From Flavobacteriales bacterium (lineage in GTDB: Bacteria; Bacteroidota; Bacteroidia; NS11-12g; UBA955), in contig CANHRE010000001.1 in assembly GCA_947463095.1 (NCBI GenBank), positions 10,719 to 74,718 on the forward strand: a stretch of 64,000 bases of DNA, given 5' to 3'. The notes under the pieces are model-generated. The model searched no databases, was not told the origin of the DNA, and worked only from the letters and a program-made list of their open reading frames with translations. Shown here piece by piece: positions 1-9,857 of the stretch. The position numbers and the translations under genes are program-made. Each line of letters begins with the position of its first letter. Position 1 is the first letter of the stretch.

Positions 1-500
1 CTGAAAATCCGTTGGACAACAGCGCAGTGCATCCGGAACGTTATCCCCTGGTGCAGCAAATGGCTCGCGATCTGGGTGTTGCCGTGCAGGAATTGAGCGG
101 CGATGAACAGCGCATCAGCCAGATAAAACCCGAACGCTATGTGAAAGATGATTCGGATTTAGGCCTGCTCACCATCATGGACATCCTGAAAGAATTGCGC
201 AAGCCCGGACTGGACCCGCGTGGCGAGGCTAAAGCGGTGGCTTTCGACGCAGCCATCCGCAGCATTGAACAGGTTGAAACGGGCATGGAAATGCCGGGAA
301 TTGTGAGCAACATAACCGACTTCGGCGCATTCGTGGATATCGGTGTAAAACAAGACGGTCTGGTGCATATAAGCCAAATTGCCGATCGCTTCATCCGCCA
401 CCCCTCTGAAGTTTTGAAACTCGGGCAGGAAGTCCGGGTGCGGGTACTGGATGTTGACTTGTCGCGAAAAAGGATACAACTGACCATGAAATTCCGCTGA
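1..500 (+). CDS. tex: Tex-like transcription accessory protein, C-terminal fragment with S1 RNA-binding domain. The 5' end lies outside the window.
   Basis: The ORF runs in from the window edge. The C-terminal S1-domain signature GIVSNITDFGAFVDIGVKQDGLVHISQ...GQEVRVRVLDVDLSRKRIQLTMK is typical of the Tex/YqgF C-terminus. Confidence 0.6.
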   Translation, partial: ENPLDNSAVHPERYPLVQQMARDLGVAVQELSGDEQRISQIKPERYVKDDSDLGLLTIMDILKELRKPGLDPRGEAKAVAFDAAIRSIEQVETGMEMPGIVSNITDFGAFVDIGVKQDGLVHISQIADRFIRHPSEVLKLGQEVRVRVLDVDLSRKRIQLTMKFR

Positions 501-503
501 GGC

Positions 504-1418
504 GTGAACCTTGCAACAGCCATTCAACAACTGTCACAGGAAGCCATCCTAAAGCAACAGCGGGTTCGCACACGCCTAGCACCTACTCCAAGTGGATTCC
601 TGCACCAGGGCAACCTGTACAATTTCATCTTGAATTGGTGGTTGGCCAGAGCCGCATCGGGCAGCGTGCTGCTGCGCATCGACGACCTGGACAGGCAACG
701 GGTCCGCACTGCATACGTTGATTTTATTTACCGCTGTCTGGATTGGCTGGAACTGGATTGGGATGAAGGGCCGGGCAGCCCTTACGACCTGAACAGTCAA
801 TGGTCGCAGGAACACAGATTGCCCATCTACAGAGCACTACTTCAGCGTATGCAAAATTATAAACTGTTGTATGCCTGCCACTGTTCAAGAGCATCACGAA
901 GTTTAAAACCCTGCGCCTGCCGGTATCAAGAACCGCTTCAACAGCAAAAGGAAGCGAACATCAAGCTGGCCATGCCCGAAGAAATGGATATATGTGATAA
1001 AGATTCCGTCAGCGGAGTCCTGCTTCGCTTCCAGGACAAACCCGAGGATCCGATGGTATGGAAGAAAAATGATACGCCTGCCTACCATTTGGCCAGCGTG
1101 GCCGATGACCTGCATTTTCAGGTAAGCCATGTGATACGCGGTGCAGACCTGATTCCATCTACCCTGATCCAAAAACAATTGGCACACTTGGCTAATTTAC
1201 CGGCCTTTGAAGAGGTTAGTATCGGCCATCATCCATTACTGCATGATGCACAGGGACATAAGCTTTCGAAATCAGCCGGCAGCCGATCGGTAAAGCCGGC
1301 CCTGCAGGAAGATCCCGGCAGTTTTCTGCGGGCATTTGCAGCCTGGGCCGGATTGCCACATGCAGATCAGATTCAGCGAATAACAGACATCCTGCAAATA
1401 CCTGTTGATAAATGCTAG
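504..1418 (+). CDS. gluQ: glutamyl-Q tRNA(Asp) synthetase (GluQ-RS). GTG start.
   Basis: The 304-aa truncated GluRS-like protein has a HIGH-region analogue (RLAPTPSGFLHQGN) and a KMSKS analogue (GHKLSKSAG). Its size fits GluQ-RS and not a full GluRS. Confidence 0.7.
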   Translation: MNLATAIQQLSQEAILKQQRVRTRLAPTPSGFLHQGNLYNFILNWWLARAASGSVLLRIDDLDRQRVRTAYVDFIYRCLDWLELDWDEGPGSPYDLNSQWSQEHRLPIYRALLQRMQNYKLLYACHCSRASRSLKPCACRYQEPLQQQKEANIKLAMPEEMDICDKDSVSGVLLRFQDKPEDPMVWKKNDTPAYHLASVADDLHFQVSHVIRGADLIPSTLIQKQLAHLANLPAFEEVSIGHHPLLHDAQGHKLSKSAGSRSVKPALQEDPGSFLRAFAAWAGLPHADQIQRITDILQIPVDKC

Positions 1419-1445
1419 TACGCTTGTTGTTGTTTTGCAGGAACC

Positions 1446-3458
1446 ATGGATTCCCGGCAGGCAAAGGACAGGATTGATCAACTTACCGCAGCGCTGAAAG
1501 ACCATAACTATCGGTATTATGTGCTGGCTGAGCCGGTGATATCCGACTTTGAATTTGACCGCCTGCTCAAGGAACTTGAATACCTAGAAGGGCAATATCC
1601 TCAATACGCACGCCCCGACTCTCCTACCAGGCATGTAGGCTCTGATGTGAGCAACGAGTTTCGCAGCATCAGGCACAAAAGACCTATGCTGAGCCTTGGT
1701 AATACATACAGCGCAGCCGAATTGAAGGATTTTGACGGGCGAATTGCCAAAGCCCTGGTAAACGAAACCTATGAATATGTTTGTGAGTTAAAGGTTGATG
1801 GCCTGGCTATTTCCATTTTTTACGAACAAGGCAGGCTGGTTCAGGCCGTAACAAGAGGCGATGGAGTGCAGGGTGACGATGTTACGGAAAATGTGCGCAC
1901 CATACGCAGCCTGCCCAAGCAACTGCATGGCAATTATCCCAGCTCCTTTGAAATCCGAGGTGAGATTTTCATGCATCGAAAGGCCTTCGAAAAACTGAAC
2001 GAAGAACGACAGGCTGCCGGTGAATTGCCTTATGCCAATCCGCGCAATGTGGCTTCTGGCTCCTTAAAACTGAAGGACAGTCGCGAAGTTGCTGCCAGAC
2101 CGCTGGACATCATTCTTTACCATTATCTGGAAGAACAACAGCGTTTTGCAACACATTGGGAAGCCCTGGAAGCAGCCCGCTCCTGGGGTTTAAATATTTC
2201 GCCGCACAGTAGAAAATGTAGCGGTTTGGAAGAAGTGTTTTCCTTTTTGAAACACTGGGACGAAGCGCGTAAATCACTAAGCTTTGATACCGACGGCGTG
2301 GTCATCAAAATGAACAGCCTGAACCAGCAGCAGGAACTGGGATATACTGCTAAAGTACCGCGCTGGGCCATCGCGTATAAGTTCCAAACTGAAACAGCAC
2401 ATACCCGGCTCATAAACATCAGCTTTCAAGTGGGAAGAACCGGCGCCATCACGCCTGTGGCCAACCTCGAACCTGTATCGCTGCTGGGTACCATTGTTAA
2501 AAGGGCTTCGTTGTACAATGCGAACGAAATTGAACGCCTTGACATTCGTCCGGGCGACTGGGTATACGTGGAGAAAGGCGGAGAAATTATTCCCAAGGTT
2601 ACCGGCGTTGATTTCAGCAAGCGCGGCAATGATGTTCCCGCCTTTCGCTATATTTCCCATTGCCCCGAATGCCATACCGAGCTCGTTCGTGAAGAAGATG
2701 GCGCCCTGCATTACTGCCCGAACGAGACAGGATGCCCACCGCAAGTAAAGGGCCGAATTGAACATTTTGTGGCCCGCAAAGCGATGAATATTGACAGCAT
2801 CGGCTCGGAAACCATCGACCTGCTTTACAAGGCGGGCCTGGTGCAGAATGTGGCTGATCTTTACGATTTGCGTTTAGCCCAACTGCTTACTCTGGAACGC
2901 ATGGCCGATAAAAGTGCCCAAAACATGCTCAATGGCATCGACGCAAGCCGGCAGGTTCCCTTTGAACGGGTGTTGTTCGCCCTGGGCATCCGCCATGTAG
3001 GTGAAACCGTAGCCAGGAACATTGCTGCTTCCGCCGGGAACATCGCCTGGCTGGAGCAAGCCAGCACCGAACAACTGCAACAGATTGAGGAAGTAGGGCA
3101 AATTATCGCAACCAGCATCAGCCACTGGTTTTCAAAACCTGCCCACAAACAGTTAATTCACCGATTGCAACAGGCCGGCCTGAAACTGGAAACAGAACAC
3201 AAGGCTGCCGATTCTGATTTATTGAAGGGGAATACCCTAGTTATCACCGGTACATTCCTGCAATACAGCCGTGATGAAATTCGCGAAATGATAGAACGAA
3301 ACGGAGGAAAAAATGCTTCAAGTGTGAGTAAAAACACCAATTACCTTGTGGCAGGAGAAGGCGTTGGACCCGCGAAAATGGAAAAAGCGCTGGCCCTGGG
3401 TGTAGCGATTTTAAATGAGGATGAATTTTTAACGATGATCGGCCATGGCAACAAGTAA
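1446..3458 (+). CDS. ligA: NAD-dependent DNA ligase
   Basis: 670 aa. It has the adenylation motif ELKVDGLAIS (KxDG), a Zn-finger with four Cys (CPECHTEL...CPNETGCPPQ), HhH repeats and a C-terminal BRCT domain (LLKGNTLVITGTF...). Confidence 0.92.
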   Translation: MDSRQAKDRIDQLTAALKDHNYRYYVLAEPVISDFEFDRLLKELEYLEGQYPQYARPDSPTRHVGSDVSNEFRSIRHKRPMLSLGNTYSAAELKDFDGRIAKALVNETYEYVCELKVDGLAISIFYEQGRLVQAVTRGDGVQGDDVTENVRTIRSLPKQLHGNYPSSFEIRGEIFMHRKAFEKLNEERQAAGELPYANPRNVASGSLKLKDSREVAARPLDIILYHYLEEQQRFATHWEALEAARSWGLNISPHSRKCSGLEEVFSFLKHWDEARKSLSFDTDGVVIKMNSLNQQQELGYTAKVPRWAIAYKFQTETAHTRLINISFQVGRTGAITPVANLEPVSLLGTIVKRASLYNANEIERLDIRPGDWVYVEKGGEIIPKVTGVDFSKRGNDVPAFRYISHCPECHTELVREEDGALHYCPNETGCPPQVKGRIEHFVARKAMNIDSIGSETIDLLYKAGLVQNVADLYDLRLAQLLTLERMADKSAQNMLNGIDASRQVPFERVLFALGIRHVGETVARNIAASAGNIAWLEQASTEQLQQIEEVGQIIATSISHWFSKPAHKQLIHRLQQAGLKLETEHKAADSDLLKGNTLVITGTFLQYSRDEIREMIERNGGKNASSVSKNTNYLVAGEGVGPAKMEKALALGVAILNEDEFLTMIGHGNK

Positions 3459-3987
3459 TTTCCGGGAAAAGTTGGGCAGAAAATTGCTGAAGAAAAAAAT
3501 GCTGCAGCATAAAAAGAAGCGAACCGTTGTTTCTTTTGAAGCAGCAAAAAATATCCTGTTGGCCTTCAGCAGCAATCAGCCGGAAGCAGAACTTGCCCTG
3601 ATTGATCAGTTTGCCTCCCAGCTCAGGAACATGGGTAAAAAGGTTACCCGGCTGATCTATCTGGGAAAGCTCAAACGCAAGGCTATTAAACCCGGAGATA
3701 TTGCCGGAACCATCTATCTGGCTCAGGAAGACTTTAACCTGTGGGGGATGCCCATTTCTGCCAAAAGCAGCGACATCATGGCTACTGCCTACGACTACGT
3801 TATCAACCTGAACCTGAATAGTCCCATGCCGCTGAGCAGCATGACCGCATGCAGCAATGCCGCCCTGCGCATCGGCCCCTATAAAGTTGCCGATGTGGCC
3901 TGTTACGACCTCATGCTGGGCAACAACAAACACCCCGACTTAAAGCACTTCATCCAGGATTTAAACCATTATATTCCCAAGTTATGA
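3445..3987 (+). CDS. hypothetical protein with a basic N-terminus
   Basis: The 180-aa ORF overlaps ligA by 14 nt and its stop overlaps the dapA start by 4 nt. The N-terminus is lysine-rich. I recognise no motifs. Confidence 0.4.
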   Translation: MATSNFREKLGRKLLKKKMLQHKKKRTVVSFEAAKNILLAFSSNQPEAELALIDQFASQLRNMGKKVTRLIYLGKLKRKAIKPGDIAGTIYLAQEDFNLWGMPISAKSSDIMATAYDYVINLNLNSPMPLSSMTACSNAALRIGPYKVADVACYDLMLGNNKHPDLKHFIQDLNHYIPKL

Positions 3988-4895
3988 CTCATTCTGCACA
4001 ATTCAGGGGCGCAGGAACTGCCCTGATTACCCCGTTTAACCAAGATGGCAGCCTGGATTTGAACGCACTGGAATTGCTGGTGGAACAGCAAATCAGCAAC
4101 AACATACACTATCTGGTAATACTGGGAACCACGGGCGAAAGCCCAACCATACGCCCCGATGAGCGGCAGCTGATAAAAGAAACGGTTTGCCGAGTAAACA
4201 ATGGACGCGTTCCACTGGTGCTGGGTATTGGCGGTAGCGACACTTATGCCGTTCGCGACGCCATGTTGCATGCTGACCTTGAAGGGATTGATGCCATCCT
4301 GAGTGTTTCTCCTTACTACAACAAGCCAAATCAACGCGGTATGGTGGAACATTACAGGGTATTGGCCGACAGCGCACCTCGGCCGATCATCATTTACAAC
4401 GTACCCGGCCGCACCGGAGCCAATATGCTTGCCCAAACCCAACTGGAAATTGCAGCATTTGATAATGTAATTGCCACGAAGGAAGCCAGCGGAAATGTGG
4501 AACAGTGCATGGAAATCCTGCGTCATAGGCCGGATGGTTTTCTGGTCATCAGCGGTGATGATGCGCTTACCTTCCCCTTCCTGGCCCTGGGTATGGACGG
4601 AGTGATCAGCGTGGCTACCCATGCCTTTCCTTTGGCCATGAGCAGTATGGTTACGGCGGCGCTATCCGGTGATTATCAGGCTGCCCGAGCCATACACTAT
4701 ACCCTACTCCCCATGATGCATGAAATTTTCAGCGACGGCTCGCCGGGAGGCATTAAGGTGATGCTGGAAGAAGCCAAAATATGCAAGAACGTGGTGCGGC
4801 TGCCGCTGATGCCCGTAAAACCGGACGTGGCAGAACGTTTACGCACGCTGTACCGCCAACTATCTGAGGATGAGCGCCTACCTGGCCAATCTTAA
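3984..4895 (+). CDS. dapA: 4-hydroxy-tetrahydrodipicolinate synthase
   Basis: 303 aa. The N-terminus GTALITPF...LVILGTTGES and the overall length match DapA/DHDPS. Confidence 0.9.
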   Translation: MTHSAQFRGAGTALITPFNQDGSLDLNALELLVEQQISNNIHYLVILGTTGESPTIRPDERQLIKETVCRVNNGRVPLVLGIGGSDTYAVRDAMLHADLEGIDAILSVSPYYNKPNQRGMVEHYRVLADSAPRPIIIYNVPGRTGANMLAQTQLEIAAFDNVIATKEASGNVEQCMEILRHRPDGFLVISGDDALTFPFLALGMDGVISVATHAFPLAMSSMVTAALSGDYQAARAIHYTLLPMMHEIFSDGSPGGIKVMLEEAKICKNVVRLPLMPVKPDVAERLRTLYRQLSEDERLPGQS

Positions 4896-6510
4896 CCGCC
4901 TGCCGGCCTGGCTACATGCCTATGGCGTTGCACATGTGGTAGCTTGTCCGGGCTCGCGCAATGCTCCGCTGCTTGAAATACTCCACCGCTCAGGCTTGTT
5001 TACCATGACCAGCATACGCGACGAGCGCAGCGCTGCATTCATAGCATTAGGAATGTCCCAGCGTGGAATTCCTGCAGCCATTTGTTGCACCAGCGGTACA
5101 GCCGTGCTGAATTTATATCCTGCCATTTGCGAAGCATATTATCAACGCGTGCCGCTGATTGCCATTACTGCTGACCGGCCACCTGAACTGATAGACCAAT
5201 GGGATGGACAAACCATTCGCCAGCAAAATATATTTGAACAGCATATCCTGGAAAGTTATCAGTGGCCCGACGAACTGGATCATCCTGAACAGGCTGCCCT
5301 CATTGACCAGCTGATGAACGGTGCGATGGCGATGGCCACGGGCTCCTGCAATGGCCCGGTGCACATCAACATCCCCCTGCGCGACCCAATTTACCGCGAT
5401 TTTAACCGTCAACCGGAACCTCTTCCAATCCCGCATGTTGATGCCGCATTACAACCTAAACGTGGCCGCCCCTTATTGCCTGAACCTGCTGAGCGAACCC
5501 TCATTATCTGTGGCATGCATCAGCCCGATAAACGATTAAAAGCGGCCATCATGGCCATCAGCGAACATGCACCTGTGCTATGTGACATTGCCTCCGGCAT
5601 GATGGAGCATTCCGTACACCCTCATTGGGAACGCGCTTTCTCCTTTGCTGATCACATACCGGAGCTTCTGCAGGCTGACCAGCTGATCAGTATCGGCACC
5701 AATATGCTGAGCAAGTCATTGAAGCAATGGCTCCGAAAGCACAAACCCGAACAGCACTTCCATGTTGCTGAATCCGGCTGGGTGGGAGATCCCTTTGGAA
5801 CCCATCCGCGCCACCTGGAACAACATCCGGCCCATTTTCTGGAAGCTTATGCCGCAAGCCTTAATGCAGGTAATAACTACCTCAAGTCCTGGCAGGACTG
5901 GTGCCAAGAATACGAACATCGTTACGAAAAAAAACGCCATCTTCTCCCCTGGTCGGAATGGCAGGCACTGGAGCAGATCTTTCAACAGATGCCCGAAGGG
6001 CTAACCCTGCAGCTGGGCAACAGTATGCCTGTACGTTATGCAGCCTGGCTGTCGCCCAGAAACACTAAATCCGTTTTTGCCAACCGGGGCAGCAGCGGCA
6101 TTGACGGCTGCGTTTCAACAGCACTGGGTTATGCCCTGGCCCATCCAGAAGAGCAGGTGCTGCTAATTGTTGGCGACGTGGGATTCTTTTATGACGGCAA
6201 CGCCATGTGGAACGAGGCAAAACCTGCAAACCTGCGCATCGTTTTGCTGAACAATGGGGGCGGAAATATTTTCAGAATCATTGACGGCCCCCAGCATCTG
6301 GAGGTTACTAAAGAATTCCTGGAAACGGCAGGCTACAGAAATGCCGCTTCCCTGTGCGCAGAACTGGGCTGTGCTTATATCCATGCCGACAAAATGCCTG
6401 ACCCGGAACAAATAGCAGCCTTCTTCATGCAACAGGGTCCTGTACTCCTGGAGTTGACCTTCCCACCTGAAAGCGGCCCGAAAGTGCTCCAATGGCTAAA
6501 GAACATTTAA
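4870..6510 (+). CDS. menD: 2-succinyl-5-enolpyruvyl-6-hydroxy-3-cyclohexene-1-carboxylate synthase (thiamine-diphosphate-dependent)
   Basis: 546 aa. The N-terminal GVAHVVACPGSRNAPL and a later GDVGFFYDGNA...LNNGGGNIF ThDP-binding motif fit MenD. Confidence 0.8.
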   Translation: MSAYLANLNRLPAWLHAYGVAHVVACPGSRNAPLLEILHRSGLFTMTSIRDERSAAFIALGMSQRGIPAAICCTSGTAVLNLYPAICEAYYQRVPLIAITADRPPELIDQWDGQTIRQQNIFEQHILESYQWPDELDHPEQAALIDQLMNGAMAMATGSCNGPVHINIPLRDPIYRDFNRQPEPLPIPHVDAALQPKRGRPLLPEPAERTLIICGMHQPDKRLKAAIMAISEHAPVLCDIASGMMEHSVHPHWERAFSFADHIPELLQADQLISIGTNMLSKSLKQWLRKHKPEQHFHVAESGWVGDPFGTHPRHLEQHPAHFLEAYAASLNAGNNYLKSWQDWCQEYEHRYEKKRHLLPWSEWQALEQIFQQMPEGLTLQLGNSMPVRYAAWLSPRNTKSVFANRGSSGIDGCVSTALGYALAHPEEQVLLIVGDVGFFYDGNAMWNEAKPANLRIVLLNNGGGNIFRIIDGPQHLEVTKEFLETAGYRNAASLCAELGCAYIHADKMPDPEQIAAFFMQQGPVLLELTFPPESGPKVLQWLKNI

Positions 6511-6558
6511 GGCTGACAAGAGGTGCAGTGCTTCAGGGCTTATCCCTAACTTTGTAAC

Positions 6559-7926
6559 GTGCTGCTTCAAGAACTTTCAGCCATCAGTCCGGTTGACGGG
6601 CGATACCGAAACAAGTCCGCTGCCTTAGCGCCCTTCTTTTCTGAATTTGGTTTAATCCGATACCGCGTATTGGTGGAAGTGGAATACCTTTTTGCCCTGG
6701 CCGAAGCCGGGATTCCCGGATTTGACAGCAAAACCCTGAATGAGAAGTCTTCCTCGCTGCGCAGCATCTACACCAACTTTGGAACAGCACAGGCCGACGA
6801 AATCAAGGATACCGAAAAAACCACCAACCACGATGTTAAGGCCGTGGAGTACTTTGTCAAGGCACAACTGGATGAGCTTGGCCTGAAAGAATTACGCGAA
6901 TGGGTGCACTTCGGACTTACCTCCCAGGACATCAACAATACCGCCATTCCTCTGAGCATGAAGGAAGCCTGTGCCCAGGTGATGTTCCCGGAACTGACAT
7001 TGCTTATCGAAAAACTGAAAACACTATCCAAAGAGTGGATAGATGTGTCCATGCTGGCACATACCCATGGGCAGCCCGCTTCTCCTACCCGCCTGGGCAA
7101 AGAACTATATGTATTTGTGAACAGGCTGGAATTGCAAACTGCTCAGTTGCACAGAGTAGCTTATGCGGCCAAATTCGGAGGCGCAACAGGCAACTTCAAC
7201 GCACATCATGTTGCTTTTCCCACGATAGATTGGGAAACGTTTGCAAACAACTTCGTAAACCGGCGCTTAGGGCTTCAACGCAGCGCGGTTACCACACAGA
7301 TTGAACACTACGACAACCTGGCAGCACTTTTTGATGCCTTCAGAAGAATCAACACCATCCTGATTGACCTATGCCGTGATATGTGGTCCTATGTCAGCAT
7401 GAATTACTTCCGCCAGAAAATCAAAGCCGGCGAGGTTGGCTCATCTGCCATGCCACACAAGGTAAATCCCATTGATTTTGAAAATGCAGAAGGCAACCTG
7501 GGCATGTCCAATGCGCTGCTGGGGCATCTGAGTGAAAAACTACCCGTAAGCCGTTTGCAGCGGGATTTGACAGACAGTACGGTACTTCGCAACATCGGAG
7601 TGCCGCTTGCCCACAGCCTGATCGCCTGGAACAGTATACTGAAAGGTCTGGATAAACTGTTGCTTAACGAAGCGGCTATCCATGATGATCTGGAAGCTAA
7701 CTGGGCTGTTGTTGCCGAGGCCATTCAAACCATTTTGCGGAGAGAGGCCTATCCCAATCCATACGAAAAACTGAAAGAACTTACCCGCACCAACAAACAT
7801 ATCACTGCACAAGCTATCGCTGACTTCATCAGTGAACTCGATGTTTCTGAAACACTGAAGGCGGAATTGCGCCGTATTACCCCGTTCAATTACACGGGTA
7901 TCCGCTTCTCTTTTGAAAACGAATGA
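6559..7926 (+). CDS. purB: adenylosuccinate lyase. GTG start.
   Basis: 455 aa. The N-terminal LSAISPVDGRYR motif and the fumarate-lyase signature SSAMPHKVNP are both present. Confidence 0.9.
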   Translation: MLLQELSAISPVDGRYRNKSAALAPFFSEFGLIRYRVLVEVEYLFALAEAGIPGFDSKTLNEKSSSLRSIYTNFGTAQADEIKDTEKTTNHDVKAVEYFVKAQLDELGLKELREWVHFGLTSQDINNTAIPLSMKEACAQVMFPELTLLIEKLKTLSKEWIDVSMLAHTHGQPASPTRLGKELYVFVNRLELQTAQLHRVAYAAKFGGATGNFNAHHVAFPTIDWETFANNFVNRRLGLQRSAVTTQIEHYDNLAALFDAFRRINTILIDLCRDMWSYVSMNYFRQKIKAGEVGSSAMPHKVNPIDFENAEGNLGMSNALLGHLSEKLPVSRLQRDLTDSTVLRNIGVPLAHSLIAWNSILKGLDKLLLNEAAIHDDLEANWAVVAEAIQTILRREAYPNPYEKLKELTRTNKHITAQAIADFISELDVSETLKAELRRITPFNYTGIRFSFENE

Positions 7927-9857
7927 ACTACAGGAAACTGTTCCTGAAGGCCGGTTTGGCAATTGCCTTAGTGCTGGGAATACTGATGGTGATTTATGCC
8001 CTTTTCAGGAACAGCCTGTTGGATTATGCTGTGGAGAAAGCGCAAAAACGAATCAAACGCGATTACGGATTAAACCTGAATATCGGTGCTTCACAGTTTA
8101 CCGGCTTGTTTTCAGTTCGCCTTAATGGCATTAGTCTGGTTCCCGAAGCTGCCGACACCCTGGTTTCAATGGATACGTTGGCATGCAGCCTTAGGGTTTT
8201 GCCGCTGCTTACAGGAAAACTGCAGCTGAAAAGTTTAATGTTGGGAGGCCCCAGGCTCCGAATTTTTAACGAGGAACAGCGCTGCAACTGGTGCGGGATA
8301 CGCCGTCCAAAATCGCAAAACAATAACAAACGCACCGCTGCTGAAGTACTTTTCCGACTGATTGAATCCACCCTTGACCAGGTTCCGGCCTCGGTTCAGA
8401 TTAATAATGCTACGGCCCTTTATACCGACAGTGCAGGCCTGTTACAACTTCATGTGCCCCATTTTCTGTTGGAGCATCAGGCCTTTAAAACCGCCTTCAG
8501 CACGCGCACTACCCAGGGTGCGCAACAATGGGAAGCAGATGGCACCCTGGAACCTTCCGAGCTGAAAGGTAAATTTAATCTGTACGCCCGTAATGACGGC
8601 AGGTCAACTACGCCCAAACTATCCAACTGGTTTGGAATAAAGGCTGGCTGGAGTTCATTAAGCGGGTCCTTCCACAGCATCAGCCTGCAACAGGAAACAT
8701 TAAAAATAAGTCTTGAAGGCTCTGTTGAGCGCCTCCTGGTGCAACATGAAAGACTGAGTGATTCAGCGGTGCTGATTCCCAGTGCGCGCGCCAGTTTGCA
8801 TATTCGTGTAGGCAGCAACCAGGTGGAACTGGACTCCTCTTCTACCGGTTCCATTGACAAGTTAACCTGGAACATGTATGCCCGATATGCCTGGAACCCG
8901 AAACGGGATTATACCCTTGCTGTGAGCATCCCCTGGACACCAGCACAGGATTTTCTGGGCAGTTTGCCTGCCGGCCTTTTTGCAAATCTTTCGGGCATTC
9001 GCGCAGAAGGCAGAATGCGGTACCGGTTTAAGGTTCACCTGAACGACCAGAATCCGGATGAGGCCACCCTGTTCAGTGCCATGGAAGAGCAAAATGTGCA
9101 CATCAGCCGATTTGGCACCGCCAAGCTTCAGGACCTGCACCTACCCTTTTCCTATTATTTCTTCCTGAATGGAAATCTACAGCGCAGTGTATACGTTGGT
9201 CCTGAAAACGCCAATTACCGGAAATTGGAGCAAATAGCTCCCGCCCTGAGAAATGCGGTGCTCACCGGCGAAGACCCTAACTTCTTCTACCACAAAGGTT
9301 TTGAACCGGAGGCGCTGCGCGGCGCACTCATTGCCAACTATAAGGCAGGGCGTTTTCGCCGCGGCGGATCTACCATCACCATGCAACTGGTAAAAAACCT
9401 GTTCCTGAGCCGACGGAAAACTCTTGCACGCAAGTTGGAAGAAGTGTTGCTGGTTTGGCTGCTGGAACACCACACCAACATCAGCAAAAACCGACTGCTG
9501 GAAATATACCTGAACATCATCGAATGGGGCCCGGGCATCATTGGTGCCAACGAAGCTGCTCAGTTCTATTTTGCTAAAGATGCCTCAGCACTGGATCCAC
9601 TGGAAAGTGCTTATCTGGCCGCTATTGTGCCCAGCCCGCGGAGGTTTGCAGGCTGGTTTAACGCACAGGGCAGACTTACCCGTAATGACCTGCATTTTCG
9701 TGTAATACGACAGGTGATGCAAAACAAAGGGATGGCCCCTTTGGATACCTCAGCTCAGGTGCCTAACATGAACCTGCGCGGAAGGGCGCTTCAATACCTT
9801 CCGAAAAATGAACCATTGATTACCCCAGTTAACGATACAGAACCATGGACAGAATAA
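7923..9857 (+). CDS. membrane-anchored protein with a C-terminal peptidoglycan glycosyltransferase (GT51 transglycosylase) domain
   Basis: 644 aa with an N-terminal TM helix. The C-terminal roughly 190 aa carry GT51 motifs (GEDPNFFYHKGF, GGSTITMQLVKN, EIYLNIIEWG). The N-terminal 440 aa are not recognised. There is no transpeptidase domain. Confidence 0.6.
   Translation: MNYRKLFLKAGLAIALVLGILMVIYALFRNSLLDYAVEKAQKRIKRDYGLNLNIGASQFTGLFSVRLNGISLVPEAADTLVSMDTLACSLRVLPLLTGKLQLKSLMLGGPRLRIFNEEQRCNWCGIRRPKSQNNNKRTAAEVLFRLIESTLDQVPASVQINNATALYTDSAGLLQLHVPHFLLEHQAFKTAFSTRTTQGAQQWEADGTLEPSELKGKFNLYARNDGRSTTPKLSNWFGIKAGWSSLSGSFHSISLQQETLKISLEGSVERLLVQHERLSDSAVLIPSARASLHIRVGSNQVELDSSSTGSIDKLTWNMYARYAWNPKRDYTLAVSIPWTPAQDFLGSLPAGLFANLSGIRAEGRMRYRFKVHLNDQNPDEATLFSAMEEQNVHISRFGTAKLQDLHLPFSYYFFLNGNLQRSVYVGPENANYRKLEQIAPALRNAVLTGEDPNFFYHKGFEPEALRGALIANYKAGRFRRGGSTITMQLVKNLFLSRRKTLARKLEEVLLVWLLEHHTNISKNRLLEIYLNIIEWGPGIIGANEAAQFYFAKDASALDPLESAYLAAIVPSPRRFAGWFNAQGRLTRNDLHFRVIRQVMQNKGMAPLDTSAQVPNMNLRGRALQYLPKNEPLITPVNDTEPWTE

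Noticed and set aside
3244-3933. A 229-aa minus-strand ORF, with other long antisense ORFs at 12314..12754, 48807..49619, 52893..53528, 19877..20395 and 40168..40812
   Set aside because: All lie entirely inside well-supported genes on the opposite strand. Their translations are low-complexity, with no motifs. I treat them as spurious.
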